In this document: in pieces, positions 11,641-22,326 of the stretch
How positions within the stretch are numbered: the first letter of the stretch is position 1
Layout of the letters: every line of letters begins with the position of its first letter
Assembly (NCBI GenBank): GCA_013115145.1
Contig: JAAPAO010000247.1
Location: 1-47,384 of the forward strand
DNA length: 47,384 nucleotides
Reading direction: 5' to 3'
DNA from: Perkinsus chesapeaki ATCC PRA-425
Lineage: Eukaryota; Protista; Perkinsozoa
Position numbers and translations under genes: made by a program
The notes under the pieces: generated by a model
Databases searched by the model: none
Seen by the model: only the letters and a program-made list of their open reading frames with translations
Told to the model about the DNA's origin: nothing

Positions 11641-11757
11641 ACTCGAAATGATTGTTTACTCGTATTGGTTACTCGAAATGATTGTTTACTCGTATTGGTT
11701 ACTCGAAATGATTGTTTACTCGTATTGGTTACTCGTAATGATTGTTATGTACTCGAA
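11641..11757. repeat. 30-bp tandem repeat (3 full copies plus a degenerate one)
   Basis: Unit ACTCGAAATGATTGTTTACTCGTATTGGTT at 11641, 11671 and 11701, degenerate at 11731. Confidence 0.95.
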
Positions 11758-11837
11758 GATCTCGGGTTTCCCTGTGTGCTTGAAGAACTCGAGCTATCAG
11801 GGCAGCGTTACTAATTGAATTCGGATTACCCTACTTA

Positions 11838-12750
11838 TTGGGAATAGAAAAGCCGAGTCAGCTTGTCTGGAGGCATGTTGTTCAGGACGATAACTGCATC
11901 GATAATGCCACTATTCTATTTGTATGGGGGATACCCAGCGGTTTCACTGAGGACGATCTTCATAAGGCCTTCTCGCAGTATGGGGAAATCCAGGAAGCTA
12001 AGGTGGGACTTCATCTCCTTTGCTTTCTGTGTTGTATATCGGTCATCCGAGTTTTCATTTCTTGTATGAGCTACTTTGCTGCCAGGTTAAGCGGAGCGAT
12101 CGACTTGAAGGAAGTTTAGGGTTCGGTTATGGATGGATAAGATACAAAGAAAGGTCAGAATGTGAATACTGTATATCGCAAGCCCACCGGAAGCTCATTT
12201 TACAAGGAAGGAAGTATCCAGTTGAGGTGATGTCATTTACTTGGTGTTTCACTGTAATGGATCGGATTATTAGGTTCGACTATTCATGGAAAGATACTTT
12301 TTCCGACGTTATGGGCAGATGTTGAAGGAGGTACGTTTCGGCTTTGTTCATCCTTATCGACCTATCGTTAGGATATCCCTAAGAGGAGTGGATACTGGCT
12401 GAAGGTCCTTAACAACATTGACTATCATTCTTCGGACTATGGCTACCGTTTTGTTCTTCGAGTTTTCAACCATACGGTGGTCGAATTTAATACAAAGAGG
12501 AAAGAAGCAGTCTTGCATAATGGGCGATGCTCTATGCGAGTGGTTGCTTTCGTTATGAATCTCTTCCTTGAAAACACCGCGGACTGCAAGGTTGATAATT
12601 ATCATTCTCCTGGCGAAGTTGATGAGAACTACCGAGTAACTGATAGCGGTTCTTTTTGATAGAATTACCGTTGTCAGGTTTACAAGAACTTCTCTTGTCG
12701 AGGAGCGACCAACAGCGAAAAATTCGTTTCCGGTATGCACTTAGATCTTG
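11838..12750 (+). CDS. RRM-domain RNA-binding protein (start and 3' end uncertain)
   Basis: RNP2-like LFVWGIP with FTEDDLHKAFSQYGEIQEAK, spliced to RNP1-like SLGFGYGWIRY...YPVE|VRLF. In-frame GT-AG introns at about 12003-12085 and 12226-12272. Confidence 0.75.
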
Positions 12751-14027
12751 GTCCGTGCAATAATGCTGACTTGAGCTCGTCCGCTGCACTAGTGGAGCGA
12801 ATGGAGGGGTATATCTCAGAAAAGCGATATAACATCGAAAAACAGGAAAGCGGCTGGCTGGCGTGACAGTCCCGATTTAGGGATTATTGATTCATATCTG
12901 ATTGTTGACACTTAGTTTTACGTTTCTAGTCCTCGCTGGTGTCAAGTTATTCAACTGCTTGTCAATAATGCTAAAGGTGCTGTTCAATCTTGCTCACTAT
13001 CACATGGTTAGAAGACAGTAGTAGCCAGCATGTCCTCAGTGAAGGCTACCTCTTTGCATCCCCATCCGAGAACACACCCGAATTGTCGATGCGAGAACTT
13101 GGCTCCTATCGATGAAATGAAAGCTTACCCCTACCCGACATTTAGCGAGATGAGACGGAATGCATTATATTGGGAGGATATTAGCCTTCTATACAGTAAT
13201 TAGGCATATCTTATCAAGATTCACTGGTAGTTCTGCGCTATGCAGTAGCCACGTTGTCTCTTGATAGCTCCCGATAAGCACGGCGTTTCTTCGATCACGA
13301 GCGTCGCACTGGGGCCGTTCGGGACTCCTGAAGATACGAATACGATACGAATTAAAATCATCATCATTGATCGAAGTGGCACTCGAGCTAAGCGTTTGAC
13401 AATGTCAGATATTGAAATACCTGGAGGTCAGGCTTGTGATCAGGAGTTGAATTTCGGGAGCGATGGCGCTCGTCGATGTCCAGGTCACCCCCGCCAGCAA
13501 GTTGCGCGTCGCATAGATTCTGCGCGGGTGCGTGCACATGCAGACTGTGCACGCGTATCAAGTACGCTACACGAGGGTGGACACACCGAGTCAGATTATT
13601 AAGTATTGGGAATGAGTCTACATTTCTCCCCTGTCTCTTCCCACCCGGCGCGAGGACCTGACGCGCGGCGCGTTACGCGCGGGAACGGAAGGAGTTAACG
13701 ACTGCATTTTTGCATAATATTGACCTTACTGTACAACTTGAACACAAGTCAATGTATTGAACGAAATCACTGGTACAAATGGAGGAGGTGAAATCGCTCT
13801 GTTCGTTAGTTATCGGAGATTTCGAGAGACATCGATGAGCCGAGAGAAAGTTAGTTGTTTAAAGCTGGAAGGGCTTGCCTTCATCGACTTCCGGCAGCAT
13901 AAAGTTATCTACTCCGTAGGAGCCTGCTCTCCTAATGTTGAAATGAATCTAGGAGGAGGCTATGATGTAATCAATATTATTAGTAGTAGTATGCCATGGT
14001 GTAATAATCCCCTTCGACTGAGATGGG

Positions 14028-14930
14028 TCAAATGACAAAGTTTTGAGACGTTTTCTTACGCATAACTTGGACGAACTTCAGCTTCTCATATAGTGCGATT
14101 GCAGCCTCGTGGTTTTTGTTGACGTCTAGGACCATAGCAAGAGTGTTAGAGGTGGTCCGGCCCTGAGGTATAAGCGACATTGAAGGCCCATATATGGAGG
14201 CGATTCTTAATCGGAAACTGAACTTCATGGAAGGGGAAGATGGTTTCCAGGGGAGTAGGCAATTACAACTACTCTTACTACCTTATCAATAGAGTGTTGA
14301 ACAGGACGGCTCCCTATACCTTGTTTTCGATATTGCTGGGATACATCAACCTGAAAACACGGTAGGAGGACCTGCCCCTGATATATCAGATATAGATAAT
14401 CTATATAGTTAATCTACACGCTTATAGATAAATCTAGTTACATATTTCGAAAGGAACCATAATATGCGTCATTGAAAGTCCCAATATTTCCAACAAGGGT
14501 CTTCCAACTATTTCGAAACAAGATATTCCCGTCCAAACCTACCAAGCCAATGTTGCCGAAAATGCCAGCCTTCTTGGGATTTGGCCTGATCGAAGAAAAC
14601 AGTGGTAAGTGTAATTTCCAGGCACCGCAAGCAGCCTCGGCGAGCACTGACATTTTCTTTCTGACCGCCTCTTCTTTTTCCTTGGGCAGTGGATACGGTA
14701 TGTCCATCCCCATGCATCCAACAATCTTCTGAAGAGTAATTAATCTCCGATCACGTCAAATGTAGATAGACATCTCACATTGATCTTATCATCAATGCCC
14801 ACATAACAGGGAATGCCTTCCTTGTTTCGGCAAGCATAAAAGCACACCTGGTAAAGGAATTTATCACCGTCTTTGTAATCACGGTAGTTTATCTCTCCGG
14901 TCACCGGGGGAATGATAACGAGGGCGATGT
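14028..14930 (-). CDS. GNAT-family N-acetyltransferase (5' exons may extend towards 15400)
   Basis: Spliced minus-strand motifs EINYRDYKDGD, KIVGCMG, FGNIGL|VDVSQQYRKQGIG (acetyl-CoA motif A, Q/RxxGxG) and LDVNKNHEAAIALYEKLKF (motif B). Confidence 0.85.
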
Positions 14931-15549
14931 ACAGATTCAGCTTCATGCGTGACTTGATAAAATCCCGAGTTTACAAACTGGACGATCAGTTGAACACAAG
15001 AGACGCGACTGAAGTATGTGGCATCCCGCGTGGGGCTCTCCCGCTGCCAATAGCTATTCGGCCGTTGAATGGCTCGAAAGCTTCAACATTCAGAAAGAGC
15101 CAGAACTCGCATGCATACCTAGAGGCTCCCTTGTGGGGCAGGACTCTAGCGGTGTGGCGCTACTGGAGCACGGTGAGCCCCATCACGTGCACTACCAAGT
15201 AAAGGTCTTAACGAAGGTTTGCCGAGCTCCGCGGAGCCAGCTGGAACTGTCAGCTTTACCCGCAGTATGGTAAGCCGATTCTGGTGATCTTTCACTGGCT
15301 TGACGCTGGAAAGTCGTCTGCAGTGTCTGGGGCAGCCGCCGGCTGTTGCGCCACTTGTGCTCCGGCAGTGTGCGCCAATACGCCTGCTGTTCACCCCTTC
15401 CCCCTCTGTTTGTTGAAGACCTCAAGATAGCGACTTTGACCTCAAGAATCCCAACGACCGCGTTGGATCGTCAGTGGTCTCTCTTCTGTTGTGATCTGTT
15501 TGTTGATCGCTCGTTCATTCGAGTCCCCGTTTCCCGCGAGCATGGCCAC

Positions 15550-15587
15550 TCGCCCACAGGCGCGTTGCGCCACGCGCCTGTGGGCGA
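15550..15587. repeat. Perfect GC-rich inverted repeat, 16-bp arms, 6-nt loop
   Basis: TCGCCCACAGGCGCGT-TGCGCC-ACGCGCCTGTGGGCGA. Confidence 0.95.
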
Positions 15588-15666
15588 ATGAACGTGCCCC
15601 CCAAATTGTTTGTGATGATCAGTCGACGTGGACGATGGGGCTTGTTTATACTTGAGATCAAAGTTC

Positions 15667-15688
15667 AGAGGTTGAACCTCTGAGGTTC
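15667..15688. mobile_element. Putative hAT-type excision scar (22-bp X/X'/X), intergenic
   Basis: AGAGGTT-GAACCTCT-GAGGTTC; inferred 8-mer AGAGGTTC. Confidence 0.7.
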
Positions 15689-15924
15689 ATTCTGATTATT
15701 GGTTGCCAGGTAAGCGCTAGACGCACCAAGTTCTCAGCGTAGGAATCTAGAACTGTGAAAGAGCGTCCAATAACTGCCCGGGGCTCAGGCTTATGTGAGG
15801 GTCCGTGATTGAGCCAATGTGCAACACATTCTGCTACAGTGGTGTTGACGGCACTGCAGAACGGATCTCGCAATTGAAGGGCGTAGCGTAAATGCAATAG
15901 TACGGAGTTGGTCTAGGCCATGAG

Positions 15925-16089
15925 ACTAGTGAGCGAATGAGGAAGGTTACCTCGGAAAAACGATGTCGTTGATGCCAAGCAGTCATTCTCGGCTTTATCG
16001 ATTCGTTGAGGAGGATAACTACTGCATGCCGTGACAGTCTATTGATTCATATCTGACCGCCATACATCCGTGTAGTGTCACGTTTCTAG
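15925..16089 (+). pseudogene. Diverged direct copy of 12788-12929 (3' region of the RRM locus)
   Basis: Collinear matches ACTAGTG(G)AGCGAATG, CGTGACAGTC, an exact 17-mer TATTGATTCATATCTGA (12885-12901 vs 16040-16056) and ACGTTTCTAG. Confidence 0.6.
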
Positions 16090-16325
16090 GTCTCACCTAG
16101 CGCGAGTTGTCAATCATTCCGGGAAGTGTTTCGAAATGTTTCTCGTGACAGATCGTCGCGGCCCACGACTTGTGTGGATCCTAGAAGTACGCGCCGGGGA
16201 CACGAACACTCATCAGCTACCTCGCTCGTTCTTATAGAACTTCGAAGGGCCATCGTTGGGGCAGCTTTGAGGTACCACTTTCGTCAAACAGTGGCATTTT
16301 CCTTGCAATGGCACGAATGAATAAC

Positions 16326-19300
16326 ATGGAGCTACGCCGGCGGTATAAAGAGTTGGACTTATTCCGCAAAATTTCTCCCGAAGTCCGAAACCGACTCAAC
16401 TCCACGTCGAATGGTTGGGTGGTCCAGGTAGCGCTCTAGCTTGGCGAGTACCTGCCAGACCGGAACCTGTGTTAGGCTATCCAGGCAGCATTCATATCGC
16501 TCATGGTCATTCTACTGCTCCTCAATTTAATAGATTATCTACAGCCGGCAGTGAGTACATTAATGCCTCTCGTATAGTCTTTCAACCTCGCTCATCGCTC
16601 GATCAGCAACGCTATTTCCGGTTTTGGTCTTCAAGCTCCTGGATGAGAGGGGCCTCGTATATACTATATCATTTGTCCCCGGGTCAACAGCTCTGCAGTC
16701 AATACTTTATCTATCCAATGAATATTGAAGAATATGCCAATAATACCAAATTGATTATTTTCATCTTGTAAATCTTGCTGAAATGAGTAGCTCTCACCTT
16801 GGATATTATATAGGCTTCGAAATCCAAAACCTACATTTCGTGCCCCTAATGGCCAATACGATACAGAAAGGTATCTGATATCGAATATAGAGTTCAGTGA
16901 AGGGCGCCTGTCATCCACTGCCTCAGCCACCCGAGCAATGGTTCAGTGTGGATGCATCCGAATCATTGACCAGCGATTCCAAACCAAAGCTGCGAGTGAT
17001 GCTGAATATGACATTCACCAACCTGCCATGTGCGGCCCTCAGCTTGGACTACCACGTAACGCTTCCACTGAGCTTCCGGGGCTCTTCTGAGCATTCTTTT
17101 TATGATAGGATGTCATGGGATCGAAAGTGGTCGATGTTCGATCAACCATGTTCAAAACTAGGCTGAAATCGGACGGGACGGAGATCAGTGTGGAGAACAA
17201 TGCACCGCGTGCCATCGGTGAGCTCTAGAAAGTTGAAGCGTGGCGCTGATATCGCAGCGTTAATAGTACACAAGTGGTCAGACTCGGAGTTGAAGTAAAG
17301 AGTGTAGTCATCCGCCCGCGCCGTAGCCATCAGTATGTCTTATTATTTCGATCCTACTCACCACTCGAGCTTTCATGGTTGAAAAAGTTGATGTCTGAAT
17401 CTCTTAGTTCACTCCGAAAACCGAGCGAACGGCGGACCGCAGATCAGACTTCGAGCGGCAAATGATACCAACGAGTCCTGCGGTAGAACTGAGCTATGTT
17501 GTTGGCTGCCAGCTCTTAGTGTTGTCTGTTACAGGCAACTGCTATGGTGCAATGGAACCCGATAACTGTTGTGATCGATGTGCTGATGTCATGTACGCCT
17601 ATAGGTTGAAGAAGTAAGAGTGAATGGTTGAGTGACAAATGTAAAGATAGTTATTGACAGTATAAAGACTTTTTAGATAGTCATATTCAGCATGATGAAT
17701 TGCTGGTATTGATCACTACTAAATTGTCGTTAATAACTCGGATACTCTATCACAATCTATTCTATTATAGGATCGACATACAAATATATTATCCTGGTAA
17801 CGACAAAACTCTAGCTTCATCATTACCAGCAAATAGCTTTGTTATTATCATATTTGAGGACGCCGATGAGGCACAGGGCCTTGTTATGGTGTCGGTTTCC
17901 GAGCCCCTATAATCTTAAACTTCGATCTATTTCCTGGCGACGCTAGTCCAATTTGGTCAATATCCCAGTCACTCCTCACCGCCTGTGTACCAGAGACACC
18001 ATTGCGGAACCGATGAGATTCCCGTTATATCTCTTGGTCGTAGGTGGGCTCTCCCGAGAGTTGAGGATGTTGCCCAATGCAGGGAGGAGGCAGCAGCTGG
18101 TCGGCTCAACACTGGTGATGCAGTTTAGATTAGCTTTGGGTTACTCTACGCTGGATTCTTTCTGGTGTCATCAGGTTTAAACGGTCCACATCAGTCAACA
18201 CTGACTAAGGGTGGCGTTGAAAGCGCGAAGAAACACGAGCAAGCATTTGACGATATGATATGGGTGGCCATCTCGCCTTTTTCGGCATCTGTGAACGGTT
18301 TCTAATTAGGGAGGAGGCAGCGTTCCTGGCTTTGGTGACCGAAAGACTTGGAAGGCAGTGAAGGTTGAGCAAGGTGAGGGTGTGGTGGAACAATGAACAC
18401 GTCCGAGATTTGCGGAGTCCGAGTTTTCCCATTCTACGCCCCCTTCTGCGGGTGACTGCAGCCAGTTGTTGTATAACTGCTATATTAAATATCGAAACCA
18501 AAATAGTTACTATTGAGAACACTTTTGCATTGTGATTTTGGTTTGCCTTTAAGAATCTAGTCGCTTTGCCGAGTCGGGCCTCTTTTTCAGGGGGATAGTC
18601 TCAACACTTGCTCACTCTTCTGTCGTACACAGGTTCAACTGCCGCTTTGCAAGTTGGCAAAAATCCCACAGTTAATATGGAGTACTCGGACATTTTAGAG
18701 GACGGCAAACTATCTCTGAAAAGACCGGAAGGCGGCCGTGGTAGAACAGCCGTCTTCGATTCTGCAACAGCACGCAGCAAGCATGCAGAGGATCCAGGCT
18801 TGGCTCGCGAGGCTGAGGTGATCGACGACACTGTTCCAGAGGCTGACTCGACTGAGCCAAGTGAGGAACGACCGGAAGCTCCGCGAAGAAGACTGCGAGA
18901 GGTCGGACATATAGGTGAGCTAGACGGGAGCTTCATGTGACCTCGAAGATCTATGTTGTTAGCGCCTTACCAAGGTCGCTTTTCTCCCATATTCGCACGG
19001 GACGAGGTTGAGTTGCAGAGACTCGAGGAGCAGAAGGGAGAAATGTGCCGAGTAGGGCGATCTGGTTGTGTACGCAACTGTTGTCTTGATAGTTCTGGGG
19101 ATACTTTGATACGGCAAAAGTTCCAGGGAACTTTCACATCTCAACACATGGAGTTTCGAGAGAGGCTTGGGAACAAGTCATGGGTCCACGTAAGGTCTTT
19201 ACCGAGGATGTTCACGGTCTCGCTATTTCGACGTTCCTATTCGTTTATATCTGGACGCCTCAGGTGGGGGATACCTCGGTTTTGATAAGCCCTCAAGAAG

Positions 19301-20782
19301 CGATTTCAATATGAGGTGAAGTCGGAGGGTGTCTGCTCGGGTATGCAATATATTTGATAATATGAGACAGAACAGTGATGTTAAAGTGTCCTATTCAAAC
19401 AACGTAGCTCCTTTAGCATAGCCTCTGCAACGGAACACCTAGGCTTTCACAAAGCCCCACAGTTTGACTGGACGTATCATACAGAAGTTCGTAATGAGAA
19501 CCAAGCCGTTGCGCAAATTTCAGTTTTAAGCATGAAACTGGATAGATGACCGTTGATGATGTACATGGCTCGCAGGCACATCATCCACCGTTTGGACTTT
19601 GTCGATCCGCAGACAAATGCAACAGTTGGTGCTAGCAATCTGATGGATATGGATGATAAAGCTGAGAGCCGTTCATTGGCATATCAGTAAGCTTGCCATG
19701 TCCTTGCAACGCGACCATATGACGCTTACTGTTAGATACTACCTAACCGTGAACCCAGCATCCGACCTCACTGGTCAGCTGCCTATTCATGGGTAAGTAG
19801 AGGTTTGGCCTGCAGAGTCACGTGAGCTTGCTATGAGAGCTGCACAAGATTGTGTCTCAAATGTATATCGAAGAGGAACAGAGACGATTTCCATGACCCT
19901 GTATCTGTTTCGATCAAATATAATTATGCAAAACACACTGTGGTATACTTGTGGACGAGGATAGTCTATCCGTCAACGCTCGCTCGAATAGGATTACAGA
20001 CTCGATAATGCGAACCACCACTTACCGCGTGTAGAGTAAATAAACGAAGAACAGGAAGAGCCCGCCTGTGCGCCTTTTGAACTACGTGTCCTAGGGCGAG
20101 CAAGGTTCTTGACGGTGGTGATTAGCGATTCATTGTGCGTCACGGTCTTATTTTTCTCAGGTATCAGTATCAGGGTAGTCTCATCGGCAGCTCTTCAAAT
20201 TCATATGACCTTACGACAACATTCAGATTTGACATCGATCCTATCCGCATCAGGTAACCTTCTAATTTACCCGTTTTCAGCCTGGAGCTCTCGGATTACC
20301 GCGTGGAGAGATAATGTCTCTCCAATAGAGCTGTTATAAAAATATTATAACAGCTATATCATACTTGCATAAGCAAACGATATTCATAGGAACTCATCAC
20401 CACTAGTTGAACTCAATGTAGACTTCCATAATCTGGAAAATACAAGAGCGATGGAGGAATGTACTGTATAATTAGTCCTGAGCGTAGTAGTTCACACCTT
20501 CTTGGGACAATAACAATCAGCGTGGGTGGTGTACCCTAGGAATCCCTAGGATACTCTTCCATGGCTGACGTAGGAATCCCTAGTAGGGATCGGCCAGGAA
20601 TGGGAATCCGCCCCTGTTCTCTTTCTCGCGGCAGGTAGCTGCATTTGTGTTTTCTTGGCAGTTACAAGCTAGCACCGTCGAAAACCCTGGCACATTTCCT
20701 AACTCATGCATTAGCTATTACTGGTGGTATGGTCGCCGTTATGTCTATGATGATCAAAGTTGTTGATAATGTATTGATATGA
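16326..20782 (+). CDS. ERGIC3: ER-Golgi intermediate compartment protein, ERGIC3/Erv46-like, many exons
   Basis: MELRRRYKELDLFRKI, TM1 AFISLMVILLLLNLIDYL, LRVMLNMTFTNLPCAALSLD, Cys cluster CGNCYGA...CCDRCADVMYAY, GEMCR...KVPGNFHI, HIIHRLDF, YQYYLTVNP, FRFDIDPI, TM2 HFLTHALAITGGMVAV. Confidence 0.92.
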
Positions 20783-22243
20783 ATTATCTCTGCTCATCAT
20801 GATTGAAGAACATGATAATGTTTCTAGTGTGGGAGGATTTTCACCTGTTTTGCATTAGTATGGAGACTCTCCTTTGCGTGCCGACACCTCTATCGTGGAT
20901 CTCGACTCGGAACTAAACCCTGTTAAAAAGTAGAGATACACTAGTGCCCCGGTAGAGCCATCTGATGAGAACGCTGTCAGAGCCTAGACTACGCTTCTGT
21001 GGGTGACACGACTGGTGATGAATACGTACCTGCTCTGGAAGCTGTGTACTTCAACAACCTCGTAATAACCTTGTTTAAAGCGTGTATACTTAAATAACGT
21101 GATCATGAAGACCAATATCGATCAGTGAGTTTCGCGGAGCTCCTCAACTGAACAACTTCACGTGAGCCCGTCATCAGCGAACCCGTCATCAGTGTCCCAG
21201 CAGTAGTACCATGATGGTACACGTGAAGATATCTAGCCGCGCTGCTGTTCATCGATAATTCGTGACCTTGCCTTATCTATCGGATGTTCTAGACAACAAG
21301 GCTCTCATAACGATGACATGGATAATAATGCGGCGAAATACAAATCAGCTGCCCAGGATGAACTCTGGATGACACACACGTAAGTATTAACTATGAAAGA
21401 GTGAAGTGACACGCTTGGGACCTAGTCATTCACCCGTTTTGAACTCTGAGCCATCAATGCTTGAGGATGATGAAAGAACCCCTGTTGTGCCACAAATGGA
21501 AGCTTTGCTATACAAACTAGTACCAGAGGGCGATCGCATAGCCCCGCTTTTACTGATAGCTCACTGAAAGAATCAGCCTGACACACTCTTTACTATCAGA
21601 TGGCCTTTCCGAGAAGGCGGTACCCTTCACCATTACTATGAGCCTAAAAATATTAGATTGAACGATTGATCCGCGATTTGTCCACTGCAAGCTGGACTAG
21701 TTGTTCCAGTAGTTCCTCATGGAGCAGTTGAATTTCGGTCCCCGTCTCCCGCTCGGGCAGCAGGGTTGCTTGAGCACGGTATAGTGCCAAGTTTTCGTAG
21801 TTGGTGGCACACCAGTGGCGCTGAGCGGCGCCACACCGGTCTGCTGTGGGTGACACCGTGTGGCACAACTGAATGCTGTATCACTTGTATAATTCCAAGG
21901 ACCAGTGGCAAGCAGGCAGGGTCTGTCTTCAGGCTCCGCTGGATCCATTAAATCTGTTAGCCAATCTGTATACTGGTATGGTCTATATCGTCATCGATAC
22001 CGTACAGATTACGATGGGTAATAATGAGTCTTCCTGGAGCTTCCGTGACACGCCGCGGTCTTCAAATCTGTAACGAGATGGTTTCTCCAACTCAACTTGG
22101 TAAGAGGTTTCTGTATTCCGTCTACTTGTACTTTTCAGCTGTCTGCCTGCTACATTGTAACTGAACTGATTTTATTTGGTCACATGTAGCTGCCAGCCTT
22201 TATATTCCTCTTCTGTTGTTGTCGCTCGCTGGCGCGGCGGCGT

Positions 22244-22265
22244 CACGGTGCCATCGTGACGGTGG
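22244..22265. mobile_element. Putative excision scar with one mismatch
   Basis: CACGGTG-CCATCGTG-ACGGTGG; the expected centre is CCACCGTG (single C>T). Confidence 0.6.
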
Positions 22266-22326
22266 CGCTTTTCGTTCAATGCATCGAGCAGTTCACAGTT
22301 TTGTATAGTTTCACATTGTTGGACGA

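Noticed and set aside
11632-11814. ORF with TRNDCLLVLV repeats
   Set aside because: An artefact of the 30-bp tandem repeat.
17321-17331. CCGTAGCCATC, matching the 5' half of the Perkinsus/dinoflagellate spliced leader
   Set aside because: Only 11 nt, the 3' half (TTGGCTCAAG) is absent, and it lies inside the ERGIC3 gene near a donor site; probably chance.
21000-22080. Short minus- and plus-strand ORFs as a retrotransposon remnant
   Set aside because: No RT, integrase, endonuclease or gag motif was recognisable, and the frames are short and closed.
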